From Candidatus Woesebacteria bacterium (GTDB lineage Bacteria; Patescibacteriota; Microgenomatia; UBA1400; PJMF01), in assembly GCA_050123235.1 (NCBI GenBank), contig JASFHL010000007.1:75-64074 (forward strand): 64,000 bases of DNA. Direction: 5' to 3'. Within the stretch, counting starts at the first letter, position 1, and every line of letters starts with the position of its first letter. The notes below the pieces were generated by a model. The model ran no database searches. It was not told where the DNA came from and saw nothing but the letters and a program-made list of their open reading frames with translations. The translations under genes and the position numbers were made by a program. Below are positions 38,548 through 48,933 of this stretch, in pieces.

Positions 38548-39768
38548 ATGAAAAAGAAATTTAAAAAAACATTGAAAGTTGCCCTAGTTCATGATTTTTT
38601 GCGTGAATATGGCGGAGCAGAGCGTGTCTTAGAAGCTTTACATGAGATTTTTCCTAAAGCACCAGTTTATACTGCTTTTTTTGACAAAAAAGCCCTTGGT
38701 ATCCATTGGCAGGTTTTTAAAGATTGGGATCTACGTCAAACTTGGTTAAGTAAAATTCCTTTAATTAAAAAGATTTATTCTCCATTGCGTTTCTTAGCAC
38801 CTAAAGCTTTTGCTGATTTAGATTTATCTGATTTTGATTTAGTAATTTCCTCTTCTAATGCTTTTGAAGCAAAAGCAGTCTTGAGTAAGAACCGAGCTAT
38901 TTATAATGATGCCAGCACTCATGATCGTAAGCCTGTTCATATCTGTTATTGCCACACTCCGCCGCGAGCACTTTATGGCTATTCAACGATGTCATCTTGG
39001 AAAAAGAATCCAGTAATTCATTTTTTCGGTAATTTGATCAATCATTATATGAGAATAATTGATTATCAGCTGGCGCAAAAAGTTGACTATTTTATTGCTA
39101 ATTCAGAAGAAGTAAAAAAGAGAATTAAAAAGTTTTATCGTCGAGACTCAACAGTGATTAATCCTCCAGTCAATGTAGAAAAAAATTTTGAATTAGTAAA
39201 AAAATTGCGAGCCAATCTCAAACAAAAACAACTAAGTTCAAAAACTGAGAAAAAAATACAAGACTATTATCTTTTTATTTCTCGCCTTGGTTTGCAAAAA
39301 CATCCAGAATTAGCAGTACAGGCTTGTAAGCAACTAGAACTACCATTAAAGCTGGCAGGCACTGGTCAAATGCTAAGAAGTTTGAAAGAAATAGCTGGCC
39401 CTACGATTGAGTTTTTAGGGGCAGTCACTGAGCAGGAATTAGTTGAACTTTATCTTGGAGCTAAAGCCCTTTTGTATCCAGTAGAGGATGAAGATTTTGG
39501 AATTGTACCAGTAGAAGCAATGGCCTATGGATTGCCAGTGATTGCTCATCGATCTGGAGGGCCGCAAGAGACAATTTTAGAAGGCAAAACAGGTTTGTTT
39601 TTTAATGAGTTAAATGTAAAGTCTCTGATTGCATCAATTAAAAAATTTGAAAAATCAGATCATGAAAAATTCAATCCCCAAAGAATTCATCAGCATGCTT
39701 CACAGTTTAATAAAAGAAATTTTCAAAAGAAAATTTTGGCATTTATGAATAGAATTATTGAGAAATAA
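38548..39768 (+). CDS. GT4-family glycosyltransferase
   Basis: C-terminal EX7E region 'EDFGIVPVEAMAYGLPVIAHRSGGPQE'. Confidence 0.7.
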   Translation: MKKKFKKTLKVALVHDFLREYGGAERVLEALHEIFPKAPVYTAFFDKKALGIHWQVFKDWDLRQTWLSKIPLIKKIYSPLRFLAPKAFADLDLSDFDLVISSSNAFEAKAVLSKNRAIYNDASTHDRKPVHICYCHTPPRALYGYSTMSSWKKNPVIHFFGNLINHYMRIIDYQLAQKVDYFIANSEEVKKRIKKFYRRDSTVINPPVNVEKNFELVKKLRANLKQKQLSSKTEKKIQDYYLFISRLGLQKHPELAVQACKQLELPLKLAGTGQMLRSLKEIAGPTIEFLGAVTEQELVELYLGAKALLYPVEDEDFGIVPVEAMAYGLPVIAHRSGGPQETILEGKTGLFFNELNVKSLIASIKKFEKSDHEKFNPQRIHQHASQFNKRNFQKKILAFMNRIIEK

Positions 39769-39840
39769 AAATATGATAAAGTAATCTTGCTTTGGTTTGG
39801 CAGTGATCTTTTTAAAGTTTTTTAATTGCTCAACTAGAGA

Positions 39841-41355
39841 TTAGTTGACTTTCTCTAACTCCAGAAGCAAGACATCATTCACTCTCATATCTACCTGAGT
39901 GCCGATTCTACCATTAGCGCTTAAAATTTGCTGTCTGATTTCTTTTCCGTTAAGGAATTTATATTTTAAATTATAAGTTCCCATGTCTAAGTTAATAAAA
40001 GTGATAGGCACAATTTCTTTATGAGTCACTGCAGGATCAAAGTTAACTACTATCAGCACAATTTTACCTCCCTTATCTTTTGCTGCTATGGCTTTAATGT
40101 ATTGATTTTGGCCACTGAGTTTTAATTCTTCATCACCCAGGGAGTTAAGCATTCTAAGAGCATAAAAGCGAGGCTTGGCTTGATTTTCTGAATCTATTAT
40201 GCCCCAGCGTCCCCATTTGGTTTGGCCGTCAGGATTCTCACCATCCTGAATTTCAAAAATCAAAGCTTCCCTAATATTGTTGACCATTACAATGGATGTA
40301 GCTACTGTATGAGCAGCGCCATAATATGAATCATAGCCAGGATGATTTTCACTATCATGCCCCCATTCAGTGATATGTAATTCCAAACTACTTTGTAAGT
40401 CAGGATATTCTTTGCTCCAAGATTGAGCTTTTTTCATATCTTCTTCAAAATCTTCCAGGGAATGGCTGTAACGGTGCCAAGAAAAGAAATCTAGTCTTAG
40501 ATTGTTAGCTCTGGCGTGTTTTACTAAAGCATCAAACCAGCTTTTATAAAGACCAGTAGTAGCTGGACCTCCAAATTTAAAGTCTTCAACGCCTTTGGCA
40601 TTAGCAGCCCCTTTAGCTGCATGAGTGTAAAGCTCCAGGTAATTTTTATCACCTTGATAATCCCAGTCGCCAAAATGATCAGGTTCATTCCAAACTTCGT
40701 AATAAACATCTTTAATTTTTTTAGTTCCAGAAATATGTTCAATGCTGCGCTGCACTGTATATTGCCAATCTTCCCAGCGTTTTGGTTTATTAACCACATC
40801 TCCATCGGCAATTACAGGTGGCATATATCCAAGAGAAATATACGGCTTGGCACCACTAGCTAAAATATCATCTAGGATGAGATCAAATTTAGTCCAATCA
40901 AATTCCAAATTACCAGGTTCTCCTTTAACTATTTCATAAAAGTCATAAATATGGTCAATTCTGATATATTTTGGTTTTAAGGTTTTAACTTGGCTCAATA
41001 TTGGTTGCAATCGCCATTCTTTATCTTCTCCTCCTTGAGATAGATCTTGCCAAGGGCGTTGTAGAGGCCCGACCACAGAGCCAGTATCAATGACTAAATT
41101 GGCTGGCTGGCTGGCTAAAGCTGAGTCATCGATATCACTTTCACCTAGCACTTGCCTATGAGAACTAAGCCATTGAAAAATGCCAAAAGTGACTAAGAAC
41201 ATGGCTGTTATCACGAAACTAGCCACCATGAATTTTGAAGTAAAAATTTTATCCAAATGTTTATTTTCAATCTTTTTTGTTAAAATTTTACCCAATTTGA
41301 TTTTTTTTGATTGTTTCAGAGCTTTAATTTTTAGCTTTTTATCCATAATATCCAC
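39841..41355 (-). CDS. membrane-anchored glycoside hydrolase, clan GH-A (GH5/GH39-like)
   Basis: N-terminal TM. The 'YYEVWNEPD' acid/base motif is typical of GH-A (beta/alpha)8 hydrolases. Confidence 0.5.
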   Translation of the reverse strand: MDIMDKKLKIKALKQSKKIKLGKILTKKIENKHLDKIFTSKFMVASFVITAMFLVTFGIFQWLSSHRQVLGESDIDDSALASQPANLVIDTGSVVGPLQRPWQDLSQGGEDKEWRLQPILSQVKTLKPKYIRIDHIYDFYEIVKGEPGNLEFDWTKFDLILDDILASGAKPYISLGYMPPVIADGDVVNKPKRWEDWQYTVQRSIEHISGTKKIKDVYYEVWNEPDHFGDWDYQGDKNYLELYTHAAKGAANAKGVEDFKFGGPATTGLYKSWFDALVKHARANNLRLDFFSWHRYSHSLEDFEEDMKKAQSWSKEYPDLQSSLELHITEWGHDSENHPGYDSYYGAAHTVATSIVMVNNIREALIFEIQDGENPDGQTKWGRWGIIDSENQAKPRFYALRMLNSLGDEELKLSGQNQYIKAIAAKDKGGKIVLIVVNFDPAVTHKEIVPITFINLDMGTYNLKYKFLNGKEIRQQILSANGRIGTQVDMRVNDVLLLELEKVN

Positions 41356-41449
41356 GATATCAAAATTTTTTTCTTAAAAGAAGTATTAATTACTAAATTA
41401 TTACTTTTTTAAATTTAAGGAGCTGGAAGTGAGTGGAGAGGACATTATT

Positions 41450-41513
41450 GTACACAAATCTTGATCGTTGAAGCGAGGTTGGGCTTATTTGTATTATAGA
41501 TTAGTATTTTAAT
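41450..41513 (+). repeat. family-A repeat fragment A5 (left TIR and 5' core only)
   Basis: ACAAATCTTGATCGTTGAAGCGAGG matches the left end of A2. It is truncated where B1 begins. Confidence 0.55.
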
Positions 41514-41671
41514 CACTTACATATATTATTAAACTAGGAACCTTGAAGTGAAGTCAAAAAAGATAAGAATAAGATATAAGTAAGGACTGAGCTTCAGAGA
41601 AGGAGCTCTGTAGTGATGATTTAGCAGCTAACTTACTGCGACTGTGTCCTAGTTTAATAATATATTAAGTG
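41514..41671 (+). repeat. family-B repeat, copy B1 (158 bp, ~26-bp TIRs CACTTAcATATATTATTAAACTAGGA)
   Basis: About 92% identical to B2 (50775-50931). TIRs are CACTTA...ACTAGGAAC and GTCCTAGT...TAAGTG. Confidence 0.75.
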
Positions 41672-41696
41672 AAGTATAATACTATTCTTAATCTGC

Positions 41697-41731
41697 TTGA
41701 CTTTTTAGCAGTCTATAAGATATATTGCTAG
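41697..41731 (+). promoter_or_regulatory. promoter (TTGACT -35) overlapped by a CIRCE-like operator upstream of hrcA
   Basis: TTGACT at 41697-41702. TTAGCAGTC-TATAAGATA-TATTGCTAG at 41705-41731. A -10-like ATATAT sits within the spacer. Confidence 0.55.
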
Positions 41732-41734
41732 CAA

Positions 41735-42454
41735 ATGATCGATCTTGTAGCTAGGCAAGTTCAAATTTTACGTGCCATTATTGAAGAATTTATCCAAACC
41801 GCTAAACCAGTTGGTTCTGAAACTATTGATAAAAAATATAACATTGGTGTTTCTCCAGCAACCATTCGCAACGAAATGGTTTATCTAACCAAACAAGGTT
41901 ATTTAAATAAAGCTCATACCAGCTCTGGTAGAGTACCTACGCCTTTGGCTCTAAAACTTTATGTTAATGAACTGATGAAAGAGAAGGAGCTATCAGTGGC
42001 AGATGAAGTTGGTGCTAAAGAGAAAATCTGGGAGAGCAGGAAAGAAGTAGATAGACTTTTGCATGAGTCGGCCAAGGTCCTAGCCAATAAAGCCAAAGCC
42101 TTAGGTTTGGCTATGACTGATGAACGTCGACTTTATCATGCTGGTTATGCCAACTTACTCCACATGCCTGAATTCTATGATATTAAAGTGATGCGCCATG
42201 TTTTGACCCTAATTGAAGAGGCTAGTCTGATGGAAGAAGTTTTTGAACAAGGAGCCAGTGAAAATCCTGTTCAATTAGTTTTTGGCCAGGAGTTAGGCAA
42301 CAAGCATTTGGAACCAATCAGTATTATTTACATTTCAGTTAATGCCGGTGGTCACCCTTGTAAAGTTGGAGTTTTGGGTTCCAACCGTTTTGATTATCCA
42401 TACTTAATTCCAATGATGAAATACTTCAAAGCTCTAATTGAAGAGATGGTGTAA
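41735..42454 (+). CDS. hrcA: heat-inducible transcription repressor HrcA (short form)
   Basis: 'LRAIIEEFIQTAKPVGSETI...VSPATIRNEMVYLTKQGYL...HTSSGRVPT' is the HrcA wHTH. Operon with grpE-dnaK and CIRCE. Confidence 0.8.
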   Translation: MIDLVARQVQILRAIIEEFIQTAKPVGSETIDKKYNIGVSPATIRNEMVYLTKQGYLNKAHTSSGRVPTPLALKLYVNELMKEKELSVADEVGAKEKIWESRKEVDRLLHESAKVLANKAKALGLAMTDERRLYHAGYANLLHMPEFYDIKVMRHVLTLIEEASLMEEVFEQGASENPVQLVFGQELGNKHLEPISIIYISVNAGGHPCKVGVLGSNRFDYPYLIPMMKYFKALIEEMV

Positions 42455-42968
42455 AATATTCCATATGAAAAAAGATCAAAGTAAGCATGCCAAAGTTAAA
42501 GTTACTGCTGCTAAAAATTCAACTTCAAAACAAAAGAAGTCAGAATTAGCTCAACTGAAATCTCTTTGCCAAGAATTACAAACAAAATTAACAGCTGCAG
42601 AAGAAAAAGAAAAGCGAACTTTAGCAGACTATCAAAATTTAATCAGGCGCAATCGTGAAGAAAGAGCAGCTCTGATTAAAATGGCAAACAAAGATTTACT
42701 ATCAGGATTATTACAAGCACTTGATAATCTTAGTCGCGCTAGTCAGGAAATTGATAATCCTGGACTTAATATGGTTATTAAGCAATTTTGGCAAAGCTTA
42801 AAAGAATTTGGTTTGGAAGAGATTGAAGTAATGGATCAAGAATTTGATGTCGATACTATGGAAGTGGTAGATAAAAAAGATAAAGCCAAAAAAGTAATTG
42901 CAGTGGTCAGCAAAGGTTATAAACTTAATGGTGAAGTCATACAACACGCCAAGGTAATTTTAGATTAA
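42438..42968 (+). CDS. grpE: nucleotide exchange factor GrpE
   Basis: Coiled-coil 'TLADYQNLIRRNREE' (the conserved DFxNYRKR region) and a C-terminal beta domain. The start may instead be Met 42465. Confidence 0.8.
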   Translation: MKRWCKIFHMKKDQSKHAKVKVTAAKNSTSKQKKSELAQLKSLCQELQTKLTAAEEKEKRTLADYQNLIRRNREERAALIKMANKDLLSGLLQALDNLSRASQEIDNPGLNMVIKQFWQSLKEFGLEEIEVMDQEFDVDTMEVVDKKDKAKKVIAVVSKGYKLNGEVIQHAKVILD

Positions 42969-43004
42969 TATTTCATGCTTTTTACTAAATTTAAAAATTC
43001 CTAC

Positions 43005-43040
43005 TTGCAAAAATTAGCAGTCTATGATTTACTCTGCTAA
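43005..43040 (+). promoter_or_regulatory. CIRCE-like operator with upstream -35-like TTGCAA, 250 nt upstream of dnaK
   Basis: TTAGCAGTC-TATGATTTA-CTCTGCTAA at 43014-43040. Confidence 0.55.
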
Positions 43041-43084
43041 TAGTCGTGATTGAATATAATAATAATTTATAAATTAGATTTTAA

Positions 43085-43241
43085 CATTTACTACAGATAA
43101 ATTTTGAAGCGTTGAAGTGAGGTCTGGCTAGGCTTGAAGTAGCAAGTAATTTACTACCGAACTTCACCGAGTGAGCCTTATGTTTAGAAAGATAACGAAA
43201 ATGTAGCAGCGAACGACTCCAAAATTTATCTGTAGTAAATG
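43085..43241 (+). repeat. family-A repeat, copy A4 (157 bp, 21-bp perfect TIRs CATTTACTACAGATAAATTTT) in the dnaK leader
   Basis: Perfect TIRs at 43085-43105 and 43221-43241. The core carries the compensatory pair GTTGAAGTGAGG / CCGAACTTCACC. Confidence 0.75.
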
Positions 43242-43292
43242 TGACACAATCTTATTTTTAATAAATGTTAAAACAAAATATAAGGAGAATAT

Positions 43293-45254
43293 ATGGCAAA
43301 CAAAACTACTGCTAAAATCATTGGTATTGATCTTGGAACCACTAATTCTGCTGTGGCTGTCATGGAAGCAGGTACAGCCAAAGTTATTCCAACAGCTGAA
43401 GGTCGCAATACTTTTCCTTCAATTGTTTCTTTCAAAGGAAAAGAAATCAAAGTTGGTGATCCAGCTAAACGCCAAATGGTGATGAATCCCAAGACTACTG
43501 TCCACTCAGTCAAAAGATTTATGGGTAGGCGTTTAAAAGATAAAGAAGTGCAAACTGCTATCAAAAATGTATCTTATGATATTGTGGAAGGTAAAGATGG
43601 CATGGCTGTGGTTGAAGTAGCTGGTAAAAAATATACTCCTCAAGAAATTTCTGCCAAAGTTTTATCTAAAGCTAAAGAGGATGCAGAAAGCTATCTGGGC
43701 TCCAAAGTTGAGCGAGCAGTGATTACTGTGCCAGCATATTTTGATGACTCCCAGCGTCAAGCTACCAAGCAAGCTGGTGAAATTGCTGGGCTGAAAGTAG
43801 AAAGAATTGTTAATGAGCCAACCGCTGCTGCTTTGGCCTATGGTTTGGATAAAAAAGGTAGCCAAACGATTGCTGTTTATGATCTTGGTGGTGGTACTTT
43901 TGATATTTCCATTTTAGAAATTGGAGACGGTGTTTTTGAAGTTAAATCTACCAATGGTGACACTTTTCTTGGTGGGAATGATTTTGATAATAAAATCATG
44001 GATTGGATTGTAGATGAATTTAAAAAAGAAACAGGCAAAGATCTATCCAAAGACCCACAAGCTATGCAGCGCATTAAGGATAGCGCAGAAAAAGCTAAAA
44101 TAGAGTTATCATCTTCTCAACAAACTGAGATCAATCAACCTTTTATTGCTCAAGGTGAAGACGGTCAAGCTTTACATCTTACCATGACACTCAGTCGTTC
44201 TAAGCTTGAAGAACTAGTTGATGATCTGATCAAAAGATCTATTACCCCGGTTAAAAAGGCACTCAAAGATGCCAAGCTAGATCCCAAAGATATTGACGAA
44301 GTGATCTTGGTTGGTGGTCAAACTAGGATGCCTAAAGTTCAAGAGGAAGTTAAAAAATTGTTTGGCAAGGAAGCACACAAAGGGGTTAATCCTGATGAGG
44401 TAGTGGCCATTGGCGCAGCTGTGCAAGCTGGCGTGATTTCTGGCGATGTTTCTGATGTAGTGCTTTTGGATGTCACTCCCTTGACTCTAGGTTTGGAAAC
44501 TTTAGGAGGAATTAGGACTCCTCTGATCGAGCGTAATACCACCATTCCCACCAGCAAGTCTCAGACTTTTTCAACAGCTGCTGATAATCAAACCCAAGTG
44601 GAAATTAATGTACTACAGGGCGAGCGCGAAATGGCTGCTGACAACAAAAGTTTAGGTCGTTTTTTCCTGGATGGTATTCCACCTGCTCCAAGAGGTGTGC
44701 CTCAAGTTGAAGTGGCCTTTGACATTGATTCCAATGGTATTCTGAACGTCACTGCTAAGGATAAAAATACTGGCAAAGAACAAAAAATTACCATTCAAAA
44801 CTCAACTAATTTGTCTGATGAAGAAATTGAAAAAATGAAAACTGACGCAGAAAAGCATGCTGAGGAAGATAAACAAAAGAAAGAGTTGATAGAAAGCAAA
44901 AACAAAGCCAATAGTGTTGCCTTTGAAATAGAAAAACAGCTCAAAGAATACGGTGATAAACTTGATGAAAAAGACAAAACCGCCATTGAAGAGAATGTAA
45001 AACAGCTCAAAGAAATGGCAGCCAAAGAGGACGCTAAAAAAGAAGAGTTGGATAAGGCTGTAGAAGAAACTCTCACTAGCGCTCAAAAAATTGGTGAGGC
45101 CATGCAAAAAGCACAAGCTACTCAGGCACAAGCAGGCGCTGGGGCTAAAGGTGATGATGCTGGTAAAGGCGGCAAAAAAAAGGCCAAAAAATCAGACAAA
45201 AAAGCTGCTGATGAGAAAAAAGATGCTGAAGAAGGGGAGGTAGTTGAAGAATAA
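43293..45254 (+). CDS. dnaK: chaperone DnaK (Hsp70)
   Basis: '[14 protein letters not shown]', 'DLGGGTFD' and a C-terminal 'EEGEVVEE'. Confidence 0.95.
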   Translation: MANKTTAKIIGIDLGTTNSAVAVMEAGTAKVIPTAEGRNTFPSIVSFKGKEIKVGDPAKRQMVMNPKTTVHSVKRFMGRRLKDKEVQTAIKNVSYDIVEGKDGMAVVEVAGKKYTPQEISAKVLSKAKEDAESYLGSKVERAVITVPAYFDDSQRQATKQAGEIAGLKVERIVNEPTAAALAYGLDKKGSQTIAVYDLGGGTFDISILEIGDGVFEVKSTNGDTFLGGNDFDNKIMDWIVDEFKKETGKDLSKDPQAMQRIKDSAEKAKIELSSSQQTEINQPFIAQGEDGQALHLTMTLSRSKLEELVDDLIKRSITPVKKALKDAKLDPKDIDEVILVGGQTRMPKVQEEVKKLFGKEAHKGVNPDEVVAIGAAVQAGVISGDVSDVVLLDVTPLTLGLETLGGIRTPLIERNTTIPTSKSQTFSTAADNQTQVEINVLQGEREMAADNKSLGRFFLDGIPPAPRGVPQVEVAFDIDSNGILNVTAKDKNTGKEQKITIQNSTNLSDEEIEKMKTDAEKHAEEDKQKKELIESKNKANSVAFEIEKQLKEYGDKLDEKDKTAIEENVKQLKEMAAKEDAKKEELDKAVEETLTSAQKIGEAMQKAQATQAQAGAGAKGDDAGKGGKKKAKKSDKKAADEKKDAEEGEVVEE

Positions 45255-45432
45255 GGGGATGAGTTTGAGTTGATTTTCAAGATCAGCAAATTTAGCTGCA
45301 TATTGATCGTAATATTATTAGTTAAAAACTAACTTTAGCTGTGTCCCAATCAAAAACAGGATCAGCAGTTGCTTCTTAACTTTGCTTCATCCATCTCTGG
45401 TGATGCCTCAGCTATGCCTACTCTGCTTCTAA

Positions 45433-45753
45433 CTAATCTAAAAGTTGTTTTATCTCTGCTAAGGACTGCTCTACTTTGTCTTTATCTACATATTGTACTT
45501 TATTAGGAAAATACATTCTTTTTAACAAACGTTTTACCTTTAGCAAGGTATCAATCGCGGTTATGTCCAGACTAGCTATCTTTCCCTCATCACCATAAGG
45601 ATATAAACGCATAGCTATCGCTATAAAGCTGTCATATAATTCTCCCTAACCTTCCTGCCTATATAAAATGATGTTATTTACATAGTCATAAAAAAGATTT
45701 CTAAAAAAATCTTGAGCAGAATTGATTTCCCTTTGACGATCCATTTCTGACAT
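45433..45753 (-). pseudogene. ORF interrupted by a single in-frame TAG (possible degraded TA-island gene)
   Basis: Minus-strand reading 'MSEMDRQREINSAQDFFRNLFYDYVNNIILYRQEG*GELYDSFIAIAMRLYPYGDEGK...EIKQLLD*'. The stop is at plus 45646-45648. Frame continuity was checked by hand. Confidence 0.3.
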
Positions 45754-45825
45754 AAGTTATCCTTTCGGAGTTAAATTTTAAAAATTATTAATAGCTTGAT
45801 TATACTACAAAAAATTAGATGATTA

Positions 45826-46131
45826 TTGACATATAATTATACATATAATATTATGTTTTATATGAGTCTAATGCCAACCATCGTCTCAGCTAGGGACATT
45901 CAAAGGAATTATCGCAAGATATTTGACCAAGTTAAAAATTCTAATCCTATTTTTGTGTTAAACAACAATCAACCTGAAGTAGCTATTATTGATATTAAAT
46001 TACTTGAAAGGCTATATCAAAAAGCCAAAAGAACCGACTTGCTAGAAGCATTGCAAGCTGTTAATATCTATCAAAAAGAGAAACAACTTAAGAAACTCAA
46101 AAAACTAAATTCACTTCGAGACTTGACTTAA
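45826..46131 (+). CDS. type II antitoxin, Phd/YefM family
   Basis: 'TIVSARDIQRNYRKIFDQVKNSNPIFVLNNNQPEVAIIDIKLLERL' matches the Phd/YefM pattern. The true start is probably an internal Met. Confidence 0.6.
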   Translation: MTYNYTYNIMFYMSLMPTIVSARDIQRNYRKIFDQVKNSNPIFVLNNNQPEVAIIDIKLLERLYQKAKRTDLLEALQAVNIYQKEKQLKKLKKLNSLRDLT

Positions 46132-46189
46132 ATCATTTAGTCTAATTAGCTGCCCAATACTCAGATAATTTTTTAATCACATTCAATTA

Positions 46190-46456
46190 ATGAATATCCA
46201 TACTATCTACTATACAAGCCATTTTGCCAAAAAGTATAAAAAGCTCCCTGTGAGAATCAAAAAATTAGCAGAAAAAAAAGAAAAAGTTTTTAGAAATAAC
46301 CTTGCTGCAAAAATATTGAAAACTCATAAATTAACTGGAAAATTAAAAAATTACTATGCTTTTTCCATTAATCGAGAATACCGCATTTTATTTTGTTTTG
46401 AAAAAGATGGCAGTGTGACTTTTATTAATATCGGGACGCACGCGATTTATCAATAG
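46190..46456 (+). CDS. type II toxin, RelE/ParE superfamily
   Basis: 88 aa. 'FAKKYKKL...KLTGKLKNYYAFSINREYRILFCFEKDGSVTFINIGTH' matches the RelE/YoeB-like pattern. Lies downstream of the antitoxin. Confidence 0.6.
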   Translation: MNIHTIYYTSHFAKKYKKLPVRIKKLAEKKEKVFRNNLAAKILKTHKLTGKLKNYYAFSINREYRILFCFEKDGSVTFINIGTHAIYQ

Positions 46457-46554
46457 GCTGGTCCATTGTTAATACTCTTTCAGAGTAAGCTGTTTATTTC
46501 AGCAACATTTAAACATCCTTTGCCTTGCTCTAAATTAGCTTGTAAACTAAAAGC

Positions 46555-48120
46555 ATGAAGCATAAACAAGCTTTGTTTGGTTTGTTGCTAGTTTTAAAAA
46601 AAGAAAAAAAATTAATTGCTATTTGTTTTGCTCTCTGTGCGCTTTTTCTTTTTCTTAGAATTTATAAACTTACTAGCTCATTTGAGCTGTTTGCTGATAT
46701 CGGACGTGATTTGCATGTCTTGATGTTGATGGTGATTGAAAAAAAACCACCTCTTTTAGGGCCGAGTACTAGCTGGCTGCCCATTAACCAAAGCCCAATA
46801 TATTTTTATATGCTTGTGCCGATTTTCTTACTTAGTGGCTTTTCCGGCTTTACTGTTCAGCTTACAGTTTTTGCCTTGTATTTAGTTTTTTTTGTGCTGG
46901 GAGTTTTATTTTTGCGACAGGATAAATTACTCTTAGCTGTGTTACTGGTAACAGCTTTACTGCTGACTATGCACCCAGAAGTTGTTTTACAAACTAGGTT
47001 ACCATGGAATCCTTCATTTGCTCCGCCTTTTTTACTCATGAGTATTTTTGTTTTAGTTTTGTTGCGGCAGAAATTTAGTCAATTAAAACTTTTTTTCCTA
47101 AGCTTGGGTTTGGTAATAGCAATTGCCTTGAGTTACTCCAATTTTCCAATCTTATCTTTGTTTTTTCTGTATTTGCTTTTCTCGTTTAGAAAAAATAGAC
47201 AGAGAATCTTGTCACTTTTTAGCAGTTTTTTCGTTTCTTTTTTGATTGCTTTTTTGCCAATTCTGATTTTTGAACTCAGAAATAAATTTTTCTTTTTCAA
47301 GCGTCTGACTATGGACGAACCATTTTTGATGAAGCCAAAAATTGATTATTTGCAAAAACTCACTTTATTTTTGAAATATTTAGGAGGTAGTTTTTTACCA
47401 GAGATGAATAGCTTAGTACTGCTAGTCATGTTTTTAGCCTTGTTGATTAATTTAATTTTGATCAAAGGACAATGGTGGCATAATTTTTTAAACAGAAAAA
47501 ACAAAAATGCTAAGGCAGCTAAGAAAGTTAGCAAGAACAAAGCTGTGAAAAAAACTAATTTTTCAGAACAAGATCAGTTATTTCTTTTCTTTTTAAAATT
47601 CTTCTTATTAATCTTTTTCTTTACTCTGCTGATGCCATTTAAGATTATGGCTCATTATATTTTTGCCACTTTGTGCTTGCTGTTTGTCACTTTGGCTTTA
47701 ATCAGGAAAGAACTGCTTTTGCCGTTGCTAGTAATTTTAGCCTTAATTTGGTTGCGACCAAGACAAGTCATTTTTTATACTGCCCCAGCCAAAAGGACAG
47801 TAGCTCAACTAGAAGCTTGTGCTAAAAAAGTTTGTCAAATAGAAAAAGAGCCGCTCTTTGTAACAGTGCAGGCTTGGTATCATTATCATTTTGCACCAGA
47901 TCATATTTTTTTCATGAATAAACATGGTTGCCAAGCTAGAGATATCACACAAAGTCCGGGCTTTGCTAATAAAATGGCCGTAGTCTCTGATCAATCAAAG
48001 TATGAACATGGTAAAACAGCTTTTAATGAGTTGACTTTATTTGGTGAGTCTGAATTGATGTTAGAATATCATTGCGAGGGTAATATTAGTATCTATATAT
48101 TAGAGAGGGTAGCAGAATAG
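46555..48120 (+). CDS. GT-C-like polytopic membrane protein (paralog 1)
   Basis: More than ten TM helices with an N-terminal periplasmic loop. 'LGPSTSWLPINQSPIYFYMLVPIF' is shared with paralogs 2 to 4. Confidence 0.45.
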   Translation: MKHKQALFGLLLVLKKEKKLIAICFALCALFLFLRIYKLTSSFELFADIGRDLHVLMLMVIEKKPPLLGPSTSWLPINQSPIYFYMLVPIFLLSGFSGFTVQLTVFALYLVFFVLGVLFLRQDKLLLAVLLVTALLLTMHPEVVLQTRLPWNPSFAPPFLLMSIFVLVLLRQKFSQLKLFFLSLGLVIAIALSYSNFPILSLFFLYLLFSFRKNRQRILSLFSSFFVSFLIAFLPILIFELRNKFFFFKRLTMDEPFLMKPKIDYLQKLTLFLKYLGGSFLPEMNSLVLLVMFLALLINLILIKGQWWHNFLNRKNKNAKAAKKVSKNKAVKKTNFSEQDQLFLFFLKFFLLIFFFTLLMPFKIMAHYIFATLCLLFVTLALIRKELLLPLLVILALIWLRPRQVIFYTAPAKRTVAQLEACAKKVCQIEKEPLFVTVQAWYHYHFAPDHIFFMNKHGCQARDITQSPGFANKMAVVSDQSKYEHGKTAFNELTLFGESELMLEYHCEGNISIYILERVAE

Positions 48121-48125
48121 AATTT

Positions 48126-48860
48126 ATGTCAGAAATAGAAACCATCCAAGAACCACAAAATTATCAAGAAGCTAAAGAATTCTTGATCAATTCAAGTCAT
48201 CCTAGAACTCATGCTGGTAAAGATACTAGAATTGCTCTCTTGAATAAAGTTTATGAAGGGGAAAGAGAAACTGTTTATGCAAAAATGCTTCAACAATATT
48301 TAAAAAAAGCATTTGAAGATAGAAGACGAGGCACAATTTTTCATTTATTGGAATTTCCAGAAACACGCAGATTAATGCTCATTAAAGCAGATAAAGATCG
48401 TTTCCCTAGAGAAATGTATGCAGAGGAAGTAAAAATTTTTCCCAGTGAATTATTGCCCTTTTTCCGTAATTATCTTGAAAGAATTGAAAGCTACTGCCAG
48501 GATCTCGATCCAAACACAGAGCGAGATGCAGAAGTAAAAACTCGAGTAGAAGAATTATTATTGGCAATTTTAAATAAACAAATTCCTGATACTAATTTTA
48601 CGCTTTATAAATTTTTATTTGATCATTTCAGGAGGAGTGATACTTCTCTAGATGAAACAAAAGGTGTTATTTATGATTATATAAGCTTGCCACTCAGTAA
48701 TTTAATTTTAGAAATAAAAAGTCATGCTGAAGATAGAAAATATCAAATGGCTAAAAGAGCCAGAATTATTTCAGAAGATCAATTTAGAAGAATAAAAACA
48801 TGGGAAGATGCTGATAGACAAAAAGGGTTACTACGAGCTAGACAAGCTAGGCTGCGCTAA
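48126..48860 (+). CDS. hypothetical soluble protein within the glycosyltransferase island
   Basis: 244 aa, R/E-rich and helical. Confidence 0.4.
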   Translation: MSEIETIQEPQNYQEAKEFLINSSHPRTHAGKDTRIALLNKVYEGERETVYAKMLQQYLKKAFEDRRRGTIFHLLEFPETRRLMLIKADKDRFPREMYAEEVKIFPSELLPFFRNYLERIESYCQDLDPNTERDAEVKTRVEELLLAILNKQIPDTNFTLYKFLFDHFRRSDTSLDETKGVIYDYISLPLSNLILEIKSHAEDRKYQMAKRARIISEDQFRRIKTWEDADRQKGLLRARQARLR

Positions 48861-48933
48861 GCCGCTAAGTAAGTATAAAATCTCGCAGTCGCTAGTTGTT
48901 AAGATCTAAGCTCAGGCATTACAATATTGCTAA

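Noticed and set aside
45646-45648. Stop-codon (TAG) reassignment as the explanation for the in-frame stop
   Set aside because: TAG terminates clearly complete genes in this window, such as nrdR and nrdJ. A pseudogene or sequencing error is more parsimonious.
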